Assembly (NCBI GenBank): GCA_002269645.1
Contig: NIVC01000035.1
Location: forward strand, 62,001-126,000
Length of the DNA stretch: 64,000 nt
Reading direction: 5' to 3'
Source: Macrostomum lignano
Lineage: Eukaryota
Shown: positions 36,651-51,408 of the stretch, in pieces
Layout of the letters: every line of letters begins with the position of its first letter
How positions within the stretch are numbered: the first letter of the stretch is position 1
Notes under the pieces: model-generated
What the model saw: only the letters and a program-made list of their open reading frames with translations
Told to the model about the DNA's origin: nothing
Database searches by the model: none
Program-made: the position numbers and the translations under genes

Positions 36651-39465
36651 AATACATTGAAACTACATTTAAGTTATTTCCATTTATTTATTTCTTTGGT
36701 CTGAAGCAAAAGCTGAGGACTCGTTTCTTGGCCGAGGCGAAGCGAAGCGATGTTGACAGCGTCGGTTTTGAATCACTTTGCTGGAGTGGAAGCTGTCTTG
36801 AGTGACTTGCTATTGGCTCCCGCAACCGACTACGACGAATATAAGCAGAGACTCCAGAAACTACAATAAAGAAGTGTAAGTGGATGGTAGAAATCTTAGG
36901 AGTAGGAGTTGATGGGCTAAGGCAGAACATGGACCGAATTTGGTGTTGACTTTTCTATCCGAGATAAGCAAGCGCGATCTCAACTACGTTCTTAAGTTGG
37001 GTCTTAACATACGAAATAATCGCATGTGGAAAGCCATGGAGCCTCTGGAAGGACGAGGAATTCAAGGAGAGCCGACGTGCGCTGGATGCTTCAATAAAGC
37101 TGAGTATCCGTGACGGAAAGGGTAGTGAATTGCGTCGTGCAGGACCTGTTTCATCTGACATCAAAGAGAAGCTCCGGTCTTAAGGTGTGTGCTTGGTAGT
37201 GATAGTCCACGACAACTGGTGATTTCTGTTATGTGGAGTGTCGGTGTGGAGTTGTGCGGAAGAGCAATCGCGTGATTGTCTACTCTTATTGAGCTGATCT
37301 TTTACGACCCTTTGACTCACTTTTTAACTGTCAAGCCGAAAAGGCCGTTCAACGAGTTAAAGGAATTTTTGTATCTGCATTTTTTTCATCCTAAACAACT
37401 TTTCGAGTTAAGAATCGTTAGCCAACTGAGGCATTGCTGCAAGTTTTACTGAATTTGCTGATGAGCAAGGTTGGCAGAATATTGTACGACAGTGAAGGAA
37501 ATAAGTTTTCGCTGCTTTCTATCAGAGATTCTTCGACTCTAAATGATAAAAGATGTGCAGCCGTGCGGTCTGGAGCAAAGACTTTTCACAGTCCTAGGAA
37601 GCCTTCCGTGACGACAAGCGGCAGGATTGACACCCGAAATTCGCATCATGTACTGTGCAAGACTATGTACTGTTTAAAAACCAGTAAGCTAAATTTGATT
37701 CGCGGTTTACCTACATGTACATGTAAAATTTAAGTTTTTAGCCCTTTCTTTGCTTCCTCCCCAACGGGGGGCAAAGATTGCTAGTCTAATGTTCTAATTT
37801 TTCAGTGTCTCGGCTCGGCGAGTGGACATACGAAAAGGCGTTCAGCACTTCCGGAAATGAGCCAGTTTACATGGAATTTTGTAGCTTATGCGTTTCCAAG
37901 CGCCTTTTTACTTTCTGTCCGTACCATACGGGGACACTTGCACCCTGTAGTCATAGCAAAGTTTCATTAAAATTGCTTTAAAACTGCAGTAAGTGTCTGG
38001 GGCGCCCGTGTTGTACAGCAGGAAGGTCTCGACCACCGCCTGTAACAACACACTATCTGGCGGGCAGACAGGGCCTTGGACTGCAGGAACGTCCTCACTG
38101 ATCGAAGACAGCCCAGGTAGGCCTGCGGCGACGCCGCAGATCCTTCTGCATCTTCTTGATCCTTTCTGCGATCCTTTCTGCAGCAAGCAATTTGCTTGTC
38201 TTCTGCTCGATGGCCACTTTTGGGTTCCACTGGATTACAAAGCTCTAGCAGCAAGCAATTAGCTTGTCTTCCGCTCCATGGCCACTTTTAGGTTCCACTT
38301 GATTCGTTTATCTTCTGTCCGTTTGTCCATGCAGCAGCAATCAGCATTTTAATAATCATAATTGCCTGCCGCTGCAGCAAAAACACCTGAACACGTGTGA
38401 ACAACAGCTACTCGTCCCCGTGTTTAATTATTGTGATGCATCTGCGAATGAAAAGACGATTAAATCAGCATTGGCCAATTAAAAATCCATAAAAATCTTT
38501 CGTCTTTAAGAAACCCCTGGCTAATCTTGAAAATAATTTTATCGGAAAAATCATGAGCCAATTTTGTCTGTGCCAATTTTGTCGCAAATCAAAAGCCATT
38601 TTTTGACAACAATTTTTGTCGCAAGCCTTCAGCAGCTGAGCTCAAGAAAGCAATTTCGAGAATTTGCTCGAAAATTTTTGCAACGCTTTTTGAGAGGCTT
38701 GTAGAAACTTTTTTGAAGCGTTCTAAAATATTCTGCATGGAAAATTCTAGAATATTATAATCTTTTGTCGGCAACTCTAGAATTTTCATTGAGACAGAAG
38801 AGAGGACACAAAGGGGGAGACAGAACAAAGTAGGCAAAAAAGAAAAAAGGTCTACGAGAACTGATACGTGAGAAATTGTCTTAGGTTTCTTAATTTCTGT
38901 ACGGGTTTTGAGGGAATACTTAATTCCAATGCAAACCTCTTGACCTAGAACTTTCCTCTGATCAGTAGCATATCAGTTGCTTAGGCAGGTGAAAAGCCAT
39001 CTTTCCAAGCCTGTTGTTCACTTTACTAGCTTTTCATCCGATTAACGGAACTTTTGTTTGTTTGAAGGATAGATAGAGATAGAGACTTGTTTAATGCTAC
39101 TTGAAGTAGCCACCCAAGCATTTACACTGTCCCCTTGATATCAGCGAACGTTTTTGCACGTGTATAAGACGAATCGAAAAAATAAACTTAGAGTAGGTAA
39201 TTAACGGATTGACTCGCAGAAATCTAGTAGAATATTAAGCGTCTGTTTTTGCAAGGCTAAACTCTTATTTGATCGTTATTAGAAAGTTGAATAATACTCG
39301 TATCATATTTAGTTAAAGTAGCTCTACTCGGAAAATTACAAACAGTTTTTCATTTGACTAATGGCTCTGCCTTTGAAGAAGCTTTGCAAGTTCCGTTTCT
39401 CGTCAGCCTAAAAATTTGCTTGCCCATGCCACATTCATAATAAGTCCTTCCCGGCGACCCCTTTG

Positions 39466-41530
39466 CTAGGCGAGATCGCGGGTCAGAAGCTGACGTCTCC
39501 GATGCCGCAACAATTTTCTGCCGCCTCTACGACCGTCGAGAGCCGACAGTGAGGCCACTGAGGCAGCCGAGCGACAGCTGCTCGGCTCAGACGACGACGA
39601 AGTCTCCGCTGACGATGACGTCACGAATCCGTCCAGCTCTGCAGCGCCAGAACCGCCGCCGCCACTGCTCAAGACGCTCGAACTGGACTGGTGACGACTG
39701 AGTGGCGAGGAAGGCACTTGAAGCTGCTGCTGACGTTGCTGGTTGAAACTGTTCAAGCTTCCTGGGCTCCTGTGGGTGAAGAAAGATTGATACCATTCTA
39801 ATTCAAACCATTCAAAAGCATCCCAAGACCTTCGATATGGTTAAGTTTCAGATTATTTACTCTCTTCAAAAATTCACAGTCATATTCGCTGTTTTACTTC
39901 AAGCAAACCCCTTAAAAAACCCAACTTCAAGTAGCGGCGTTAGGTCACTTCAGGCAGGTGACCTACCTAGCAGATGACGTCAGCTGCCTCTGGGTTGGCA
40001 ACGGTCGCCGCTGTTGCTGATGCTGATGCTGCCGACGAAAAAAGCTGAACCGACCGACCAGTCGACGAGGCGACGCGACTGGCGACGGAGTGGGCGACTG
40101 CGAAGCGGCGATCGCAGGACGATTGGATGCCGACCGAGGCCGGTGAACGTTGAACGAAGCTTCGCGTTTCGGCCACCGTCCAGCCCCGGTAGATTCGACG
40201 GCCGTGGCTTTCTTCACCAGGCAGGGCTCGCTTGGCCAGCGCCTGCGCCCGAAGCTGAGCCCCATGAGTCGCTGGAAGAGCTGCAACAGCTGACTGGATC
40301 GAGCGCACTGCATCGCCAAGTAGCCGCCTTCAACGTCATAGCAGGCGTCCTGATCGAGGCTACCAACGAACTGGACGAAGAACCAACCGTTCAGACTGGA
40401 GCAGCTGGCCACCCAACTCATTTTGCAGGTGAGAATGCACGCCTTGAGAATTAGCATTGCGTTGTAATGCGTGTTAGACTAGACATCTATTCTGTCCTAA
40501 GTGGCTTTACTAGATCGATGCAGTAGGAATGTTAGTGTCCTGCACACGACAGGGTCTAATTGATTTTTTTCGACAGGCTAGCAAACACGAACTACTTAAA
40601 CGCGCCCATGAACTTTTGCTTCAAGCAAAAAAATCTTTATGAGTCTTTTCCAGGCCTAGATTTGATTGATTTAGAAAAAACGAGCGGGACACCTGATCCA
40701 ACAAGCTCAAATACGCTTTCAATACCGAAGTCAAAATTTGATCTGCTAGTACTCGTATATTGAAGTCTAGACACGGCTGTGAAGTCAATTGGATTTTCTT
40801 CTCGTATCGATTATTGAAATCCACGAGCTTCTAATGAACTCCTGTGTGCGCCTTTGCATCTTGTGTGTGCAGCCCTTACCTGATTAACGTCCTGCAGTTC
40901 GAATGCCTCTTGAGTGACGCGCAGCACGTACAAATAGTCAGAGCAGAGACCCAACGATTGCACCGTTAGGTTGTTCAACAGTCGAACAATCCATCCATTG
41001 TCAATGAAGTCATTTTCAGTGCTGCTTTTGCTCTCCTGGCACTGCAGATCAATGAACGTGCACAAAGGCTGTCTCAAGGCTGTCAGACAACTGTAGATCT
41101 TGTCAATTTCTAGTTGATTCTCCTGGTAGAGATTGACAACCGAACCGCCGAGTAGCGAATTCGTCTGGCGTCGCAGAGTCAAGCAGTGCACCAGTACCGA
41201 GTTGTTCTCGCCCCGCATTCTTGAGGCCAGAGCGGTCTCGCGTAGCGAACCCAACGGAATTGAGCGTCGCAGCGTTGGCCTGTCAAATAATGACGAATTA
41301 GCCGAGATTAAGTCTGCCGCGATTGACAAAGTGGCCGATAGTTTGTTGCGACAAGTTTTCACTGCAACCCGGACTCGACAGTAGTTCGCGTCCAGCGGCC
41401 AACTGATCAAGCAGTCGTTGGCTCGACGGAAATAGCTCTTGTTGATGTACACTGTGGCGCTGTTCATGCTCCAGTTGGTCGTCAGCTTCGCAAGGTAGCC
41501 CTCTCTTTGAACTATTGCGGTCAGTATTGA
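39466..41530 (-). CDS. PH + IRS-type PTB adaptor protein (IRS/Dok-like), 5'-partial; exons 41530-40880, 40442-39967, 39769-39466
   Basis: Splice phases 0/2 consistent. PH-like start IVQREGYLAKL; PTB-like WIVRLL..SLGL..YLYVLRVTQEAFEL | ACILTCKMSWVASCSSLNGWFFVQF..GGYLAMQC, which parallels the IRS LQLMNIRRCGHSENFFFIEVG..GEFWMQ pattern; Ser/Gln-rich tail. Start exon not identified. Confidence 0.62.
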
Positions 41531-42611
41531 CTATAATACAGTAAAGGTTGCTGTCAGCTTTGAGACTGTTGCAACGGTTAATCTCCTCTTAATACGGAGC
41601 GTTTAACGAGACCAAAACAGTTTTATAACGCCGTTAGGAAGTCGCTTATTTACTACCAGTTCTCTTGCATACTAATTATAAATTTGACGATAGGCAGCAG
41701 TTTAGCAGGCTGAAGCGTACGCGCAGACAGGAAAGGCTCTGAACACAATATGTGAATAGGGAGTCGCTGTGTACGCTGCAGAAGTTTATGTGCTTATATT
41801 CCAGGCTATCAATGTGCATGTGGACTGCCAGAGCCAATGGCAGTATGGCATGCAACAGACCCACTCATCATAAATGCCTAAAAAGCATAGGAACCAATTG
41901 CCCATTGCCCATTGCCCATTGGCCCAAGCCCTGCTCCTCATTGTATTTGCTATTCTGGGTATTTTTGCTTCTAAAAGTCTAAAACTATGCAAACGCGCGC
42001 AGATGTGTCAACTAAAACTTCCAATCAACACGCAATCCTAACTTGTAGGTGCTTTGAAGCTTGAACCAATCAATCCAGTTTGCTCAAATCAGTTTTAAAA
42101 TAATTCTGAATCCCTGGTTGAAGCAAAGACCACTAGACCAGGAAGGACATTGCGAGGAACTGGTTAACATAAATTTATGCTTCCTCGTCTTGGGCTTCGG
42201 GCTTCGAGAAATGTTACTCGTTCATCATTATCCCCGTGTCAGCAAATCCTGAGACATCCGGCATCTCCCTCTGGGTGTTGAGAAGTCCCGGGGACCGTAT
42301 CAATTCCTCATTCAGCAGCTCGCAGCGCTTGCCGGGACTGCGACACGTTCGAGACGCGAGCAGCGATGGGAACGGACCGATACAGACAGCCGGGCCTGTC
42401 ATGCCACTCGGGCTGCTGAAAGCTTGATGAATTTTTTAAGAACCCCCGCCAACTCAAGCAGCCCGGCCATGCATCATGGGGCAGACAGGGAGAGAGGGAG
42501 GAGAAGGGAAAGAGTCAACAATGAATTATGCGTGATCCGTTTCTCGATGCTGGATCTGCGTAGTCCTCTCCTACCATCTTCGTTGTGTATTTCTGACAAA
42601 AGTGCAGCGAA

Positions 42612-43380
<769 letters not shown>

Positions 43381-43821
43381 ACTCAAGCAGTTCGGAGAAT
43401 CCATATGAAACTGAAGAAGCATTGCGATTTAAAATTCTACTCAAACATCCGAAACCCTGGAGACTGGGATTACAAATCTGTCAAGCCAACAAAAGACAGC
43501 AGATCCTGGAGCCAATCCATATAGCCTCAAAGCAGGACTCAAACAGCTGCTCAGATTAACCTAATCCCACTGGCGCTCTGATAAGCAGCTCAGGTTTCCA
43601 AAGTTGGTATGAAATTCCTGTCGCTGGGCTGGCTCTTCCTCCTGTCGTCCTTCCTAAATCCCATATCTGGGATTCCAGGAACAGCACTACCCCCCCCCAG
43701 CCAAGGGAAGAGGCGGTGGAGCCGCTGCGAATCCGAAAATATGCGCGAACATGTGACACAATTTTGCGTAAGCAGCAAACAGTTTGCAACATCAACATTT
43801 TGCCTGTACAGTGCGGCACTC

Positions 43822-44377
43822 CCTGACCCCTGACTCTCCCTCTGACTCTCCCTCTGTCTCTCCCTCTGTCTCTCCCCCTGACTCTCCCTCTGACTCTCCC
43901 TCTGACTCTCCCTCTGACTCTCCCCCTGACTCTCCCTCTGACTCTCCCTCTGACTCTCCCTCTGACTCTCCCTCTGACTCTCCCTCTGACTCTCCCTTTG
44001 ACTCTCCCTCTGACTCTCCCTCTGACTCCCTCTGACTCTCCCTCTGACTCTCCCTCTCTGACTCTCCCTCTGACTCCCTGTGACTCTCCCTCTGACTCCC
44101 TGTGACTCTCCCTCTGGCTCTCCCTCTGATTCTCCCTCTGACTCTCCCTCTGACTCCCTCTGACTCTCCCTCTGACTCTCCCTCTGACTCTCCCTCTGAC
44201 TCCCTGTGACTCCCTGTGACTCTCCCTCTGGCTCTCCCTCTGATTCTCCCTCTGACTCTCCCTCTGACTCCCTCTGACTCTCCCTCTGACTCTCCCTCTG
44301 ACTCTCCCTCTGACTCCCTGTGACTCTCCTTCTGACTCTCCCTCTGGCTCTCCCTCTGACTCTCCCTCTGACTCCCT
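43822..44377. repeat. 12-bp minisatellite (ctctccctctga)
   Basis: Tandem units with variants. Confidence 0.95.
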
Positions 44378-44944
44378 ATAGCTCACAGCCCAAATCATTG
44401 TCACTCATTGCTTCTGGATCAGCTTATTGTATTTTTCAAATCTGCAACAACACGATGACCAAAGCCTCTTAATTTAATCTGTCCTAATCCATTTTCTGCC
44501 TTTACCTTCGTCTTCTTTGCGATGATTTTTTTCAGTCAAGAGTAGCCCAAACCCGCAGCTTGAAAAAGCAAACTATGCAGTTATTTCAAAATTACGATAT
44601 TACTGCGTGGCGCTGCAAATGCCAAACCGCCCCCTGATTAAATCCCCATTTTGCGCAGTTCAGCAAAAGGCGGAGCCATCGGGTCAGAGGGAACAGAGGG
44701 AGAGGAAATATTCGCGTAAGGATATTGATCAGAAAGTATGGGGATAATGGATGGCTGCATAAATTAGGCATGAATATAGGGCTATATGCACTGCGATCAG
44801 TTTTAGTCATTGAATATTCGTTTTCAGCTTGTATGCTTAATGCTCTCTGCACCCCTAATTCAGGCTTTAGCTCGATTAGAACCCTGCTTGGCCTGACAAC
44901 TGGCTGACCCTTGGTACGCGCAACCGTTGTGTCTAACTGGTTAA

Positions 44945-46012
44945 ATGATTGTGTCTAAAGTGTGAGAGATTGTGTCTAACTGGTGAGAGATTGTGTCTAA
45001 CATGTGAGATTGTGTCTAACATGTGAGAGATTGTGTCTAGCAGGTGAGAGATTGTGTCTAACAGGTGAGAGATTGTGTCTAACATGTGAGAGATTGTGTC
45101 TAACATGTGAGAGATTGTGTCTAGCAGGTGAGAGATTGTGTCTAACAGGTGAGAGATTGTGTCTAACATGTGAGAGATTGTGTCTAACATGTGAGAGATT
45201 GTGTCTAACATGTGAGAGATTGTGTCTAACATGTGAGAGATTGTGTCTAACATGTGAGAGATTGTGTCTAACATGTGAGAGATTGTGTCTAACATGTGAG
45301 AGATTGTGTCTAACAGGGGAGAGATTGTGTCTAGCAGGTGAGAGATTGTGTCTAACATGTGAGAGATTGTGTCTAACATGTGAGATTGTGTCTAACATGT
45401 GAGATTGTGTCTAACATGTGAGAGATTGTGTCTAACATGTGAGAGATTGTGTCTAACATGTGAGATTGTGTCTAACATGTGAGATTGTGTCTAACATGTG
45501 AGAGATTGTGTCTAACATGTGAGAGATTGTGTCTAGCAGGTGAGAGATTGTGTCTAACAGGTGAGAGATTGTGTCTAACATGTGAGAGATTGTGTCTAAC
45601 ATGTGAGAGATTGTGTCTAACATGTGAGAGATTGTGTCTAACATGTGAGAGATTGTGTCTAACATGTGAGAGATTGTGTCTAACATGTGAGAGATTGTGT
45701 CTAACAGGGGAGAGATTGTGTCTAGCAGGTGAGAGATTGTGTCTAACATGTGAGAGATTGTGTCTAACATGTGAGATTGTGTCTAACATGTGAGAGATTG
45801 TGTCTAACATGTGAGAGATTGTGTCTAACATGTGAGAGATTGTGTCTAACATGTGAGAGATTGTGTCTAACATGTGAGATTGTGTCTAACATGTGAGATT
45901 GTGTCTAACATGTGAGAGATTGTGTCTAGCAGGTGAGAGATTGTGTCTAACATGTGAGAGATTGTGTCTAATATGTGAGAGATTGTGTCTAATATGTGAG
46001 AGATTTGTCTAT
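44945..46012. repeat. 21-bp minisatellite (gtgagagattgtgtctaacat)
   Basis: Tandem units; source of the LDTISHM-type ORFs. Confidence 0.97.
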
Positions 46013-46913
46013 CAAGTGAGCAATAATATTTCTGTGATTGTCAGCTTTCATTAGCAGATTCATAACAAGATTTTGCTGGGGAAAGGATCCGGGAAGTAAA
46101 CAGGATGCTAGCTTAATCAAGTGAGCCCTCAAATCCTGAAGTACGCAAGACAAAAAATATTAAAGAAAAGATTTTCGAGTAAAAAGGAAGAGTTTTCTTT
46201 TCCTTAACGAACTGGACTCGATACTTGCTTTTAATTTCCTGTCCTGCATCGAAGCAGCTGACTTCGTGGAGAAAGCATTGGCTTACGGATCCAATCCATC
46301 TACCATTTCCAAGAAAATTGCATGGCACAATGAAACGAAAATAACGTAAAATTTGCTCTTATCATACGTGGCGTAGGATTTTTTTCCGCAGATTTACGAT
46401 CAACATTTGGATCCCATTCACTTCCTGGTCTTAAAAAGCAATAAAATTTTATCTTTCCACATTTCAATCTCTCTTTTCTCGGCGCTTGTTATTTCTAGGC
46501 GTAAAATGTCTATATTTCTACTTATAAGAGAAGCTGTTAGTAGTACAAAATGACTGATATGCTACAAACTTATTTCTATGGTCAAAAAATCTACAGAAAC
46601 TTGTCAAAAAATCCCCCATGAATCACGAGACGAAATGGTACGCGGATACTTGCGTGCTGGACCAATTATCGGATCAAGATTAAGCTGTTTCCGTCTGTCG
46701 CCAGGCGGATATGCACTTTTTCGGAATGACACTTCACTGCTAGATTGGGTGCAGTTGTTGGTGACTAAGGTTTGACTGACACCGGCATGTGCGATTCTGT
46801 TGCAGAAGCTGCATGAATTCTGTTGATATGAATCTGCATGAGGTGAATTGCCTGCCCTGCTGACCAAAGCACTCAAAGTGACTGCTATCGAAGTTTGGAC
46901 GTTACCACTCCGG

Positions 46914-47295
46914 CGCCATGTCACTCATTTATTGCGTGGCGCCAGGTCACTCATTTATTGCGTGGCGCCATATCGCTCTTTTATTGCGTGGCGCCATATC
47001 ACTCATTTATTGCGTGGCGCCAGGTCACTCATTTATTGCGTGGCGCCATATCACTCATTTATTGCGTGGCGCCATATCGCACTTTTATTGCGTGGCGCCA
47101 TATCACTCATTTATTGCGTGGCGCCATATCGCTCTTTTATTGCGTGGCGCCATATCACTCATTTATTGCGTGGCGCCAGGTCACTCATTTATTGCGTGGC
47201 GCCACATCAATCGCTCATTTATTGTGTGGCGCCATGTCACTCATTTTGGCGCCATTTCAATTATTTTTGCGCCATGTCACTCATTTTGGCGCTAT
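46914..47295. repeat. 26-bp minisatellite (tcactcatttattgcgtggcgccata)
   Basis: Tandem units, degrading distally. Confidence 0.95.
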
Positions 47296-47884
47296 GTTAC
47301 AAAATAATTTTGCGGTCCTGGAATTCCAAATTTATTTTAAATACCTGATGTATGTCTTTTACTTATTTTGTACAAAAATTCAATTCTATCCTTAACTTTC
47401 TACAACTCTTTGTTTAAGTGACCTTGCAGTGAACTCTCTACCACACACTTTTTTCTAGGAATGCACCTCCAAGATCATTCTGACAACTGTGCCAGATGAC
47501 CCTGGCAGATAAAATTCAAGTGTGAAATACGGTATTACAACTCCAGTGTGTGATAAATATGAATTTGTTTATCTACCCTCATCACACAAAGACTCACCGC
47601 ACAAAGCTTGATACAGAATCCCAGAGTCGGCATCAATTTCTGCAATTAAAGATGCATTTTTAAAGCAGGAAATGTGTCAAAATTATTTAAACAAAACTGC
47701 CAGACAAGGGAAGGGGTGCTGCCAGTGTGACCTCAAGACGGGATCAATTTACCTGTGAGCCACGCCTGCCTTACTGGCATGCCATTGTGTTCAATAGGTT
47801 CGTTTTCTCATTCACTAGCTCGGTTCCTTTGTAATTAAACCGTTTCCTTAAAGTCTTCTGCGCTTCTTGTCTCACTCTCTCACT

Positions 47885-48652
47885 TCTTTCTCTCCCATCT
47901 CTCTCTTATCTCTCTCCCATCTCTCTCCCATCTCTCTCCCATCTCTCTCCCCATCTCTCTCCCATCTCTCTCCCATCTCTCTCCCATCTCTCTCCCCATC
48001 TCTCTCCCATCTCTCTCCCCATCTCTCTCCCATCTCTCTCCCCATCTCTCTCCCATCTCTCTCCCATCTCTCTCCCATCTCTCTCCCCATCTCTCTCCCA
48101 TCTCTCTCCCATCTCTCTCCCATCTCTCTCCCATCTCTCTCCCATCTCTCTCCCATCTCTCTCCCATCTCTCTCTCCCATCTCTCTCTCCCATCTCTCTC
48201 CCCATCTCTCTCCCATCTCTCTCCCATCTCTCTCCCCATCTCTCTCCCATCTCTCTCCCATCTCTCTCCCATCTCTCTCTCCCATCTCTCTCCCCATCTC
48301 TCTCCCATCTCTCTCCCATCTCTCTCCCATCTCTCTCCCATCTCTCTCCCATCTCTCTCCCCATCTCTCTCCCATCTCTCTCCCCATCTCTCTCCCATCT
48401 CTCTCTCTCATCTCTCTCCCATCTCTCTCCCATCTCTCTCCCCATCTCTCTCCCATCTCTCTCCCATCTCTCTCCCCATCTCTCTCCCATCTCTCTCCCA
48501 TCTCTCTCCCATCTCTCTCCCATCTCTCTCCCCATCTCTCTCCCCATCTCTCTCCCATCTCTCTCCCATCTCTCTCCCATCTCTCTCCCATCTCTCTCCC
48601 CATCTCTCTCCCTACCTCTCTCCCATCTCTCTCCATCTCTCTCCCATCTCTC
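47885..48652. repeat. Pyrimidine-rich 11/12-bp repeat (ctctcccatct)
   Basis: Tandem units. Confidence 0.97.
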
Positions 48653-49317
48653 TTTAATCCATGAAATCTTTTAAGAATAAAAAATGCAAAATATCGACGA
48701 AAGTGTCGACACTGAAATGAATATTTTTGCGAAAAAAAAACAATTTTTCTTTGCGCTAGAAATTCCCCAAGACCTCTGAGCATAAAGTTGATCAGCCATC
48801 CTTGATTGCGCAGTTTCAGAGTTAGAACTGACAAAATAACCAGCCATGTTTCCTTTCAAAACATGAAAAAGAATCAGGGAATTGTGAATTTCTGCAACTG
48901 CACCGGAACAACTGCATGTGGCCTGCCTGCCCGTTTGAAGACTTTAATAAAAATTGACGATTCACTCAGAGGTACAGAGCCACAATTCCCTGCGGATTTT
49001 TAGCAACCAAGCAAAAAGTTAAGAACAAAAAAATCAATTCTCATCAGTTCGTAAATTTGCCAACTTTTTTGCTGCTTCTCTGTGTCGAAATGCCGACACA
49101 ATCCGCTCCGCAGATTGGTGCCTGTGCAGGAAAACTTCACTGTGCGGCTCTTCAGTGGGGAAATAAAAAAGCAAAAGCATTTGCTAACAGGCACTAAAAT
49201 GAATTGCAAATTTTCATGCCCATGTAGCAAACAAGGTTTTATGAGGCCTAAAATCAAGGATGTTAGTTGGTGAGACGTATGAAATATGAATTTCAACTTT
49301 TCATTACAAAAAGAGGC

Positions 49318-49630
<313 letters not shown>

Positions 49631-50411
49631 TGTACAGGCAGGATCAGTGAGGCACAGGTTGCAAACTTCCAGACCCGCATCGCTCTCAGCTGGCATGAAT
49701 AAACATGAACAGCATGCCCGATCCAGAGCTATACTAGAGTTTTTGTCACTAAGGGAACAGCGGGGATCAAACTTAGTGCCCCCAACGGCTCCAAGTTTGT
49801 CCCTACGATTAAATGTTTTTCTTCATTTGTCCATCAATAATACGCTGAATTATCATCATTTTATTTTCGACTATATACCTGCTTCAGCGATTGTTGATAT
49901 CTACTGGATAATAATCAATAATCTGCGATAAAGATCCTTGTGAATTTGAGGTTTTCTTCTAATCCGTACGTCAGTCATTGCTATAAAATATAGCAATTGG
50001 CTAGCGTTGCTATGGGATAGCTTGATCAGCTGATTTTGCTTTCTGGCTGAATTAGATGGACTTGTGATCTAAGAGATTGTGGCGCCAACAATCTGGATTA
50101 CACCCGTTTATCTTTTCAATTTTTGCAAACCCATTTTCCAGCTGGGCAATATAACGTCAAAATCCCAACGGAGCAATTGTCCCATTTTGATGCCCCCTCC
50201 TTCAAAGTTTTCCCCCAGCGGCGGATTTGGCGGCGGCGGTTGAAGGGGCCGCACAGCGGGGGATGCGAGCTTCTGGTTGGCTGGCTTGAAAGGCGGGCAG
50301 ATGAGCGACCCCTTGCTATGTTTTGGGGTTGAAGGTTCTGCTTGGCCGGGTTCTAAGTCGCATGGAGTGCTAAAATAAGCTATCTGGAAAGGAAAGCGTC
50401 AGGTTCTGTGA

Positions 50412-50960
50412 GTGCTAAAAACCCTCACAATTCGGCGCTAAAAAAAACCCACAATTCGGCGCCAAAAACACCCACAATTCGGTGCTAAAAACCCTCACAA
50501 TTTGGCGCCAAGAACACCCACAATTCGGTGCTAAAAACCCTCACAATTTGGCGCCAAAAACACCCACAATTCGGTGCTAAAAACCCTCACAATTCGGCGC
50601 TAAAAGCATCCACAATTTGGCGCTAAAAACCCTCACAATTAGGGGCGTAGCGAGGGGGGTATCGGTATATCGGCCGATACCCCCAAATTTCCTAAGCAAC
50701 ATTTTTTTTCCTTTTTTCAGTTGCAATTGTGACCATTAACTAAGGAAGAGAAAGGTATCCAAATCGAAAGAATAACAATTAACAAACAAATAGAGTAATA
50801 ATATGTATTATGCACTAGAAATACATTAAGGGGATATGTGGATCTCAAGCCCTTGCTTTCTGATAACAGCTAACCGATACCCCCAAAAAAAATCCTGGCT
50901 ACGCCCCTGCGTCACAATTTGGCGCCAAAAACACCCACAATTTGACGCTAAAAACATCAA
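50412..50960. repeat. About 22-bp minisatellite (aaaaccctcacaattcggcgct) interrupted by a MITE
   Basis: Units at 50412-50640 resume at 50912. Confidence 0.9.
50641..50911. mobile_element. About 270-bp hAT-like MITE
   Basis: Ends aggggcgtagc / gctacgcccct(gcg), flanked by the 8-bp direct repeat tcacaatt (50633-50640, 50912-50919). Confidence 0.7.
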
Positions 50961-51408
50961 AAAACTTTTGTTAAAGCGCTCAAAAGATTTGAAATCGAAT
51001 TGTCAAAAGTCATTGCAGAAGTGGCATGAAACAGTTATGTGTTGTATTTATTTTCAATCTTGGCAAAGGCCATTTGAGAGTGAGGATATATAGTTCCTAA
51101 TGCTCCTTGAACACAGGAATCCAAGGCACTGTCGAAAAAGACCAAACTTTCGGAGGGAGGTTGGTGCAGCGGAAGCAATAGTCGCGAACAAAGGCGACTT
51201 CCCCTACTTACGGTACGCCTCCCAATGGGAGTTGGACCGCGCCTCTGACTCTCCTACTCCCCTAACCCCCCCCCCCCCCCCGGTGTCCCGGCTATGCCTT
51301 CAAAGCAGAAATCTAAGCGGCAGCGGCTGACAAGCGGAATTGTTTTTTAAGAAAACTTGAGAGACACCCTCAGAGCTGTTTGGTATATTTGGATAACTTC
51401 GCGGACAC

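Noticed and set aside
37908-38254. Cys-rich minus-strand text (PSCCTTR...MTTGCKCP) reminiscent of a cystine-knot ligand
   Set aside because: Interrupted by stops, Cys spacing does not fit TGF-beta, IL-17 or glycoprotein hormones, and no splice model was found.
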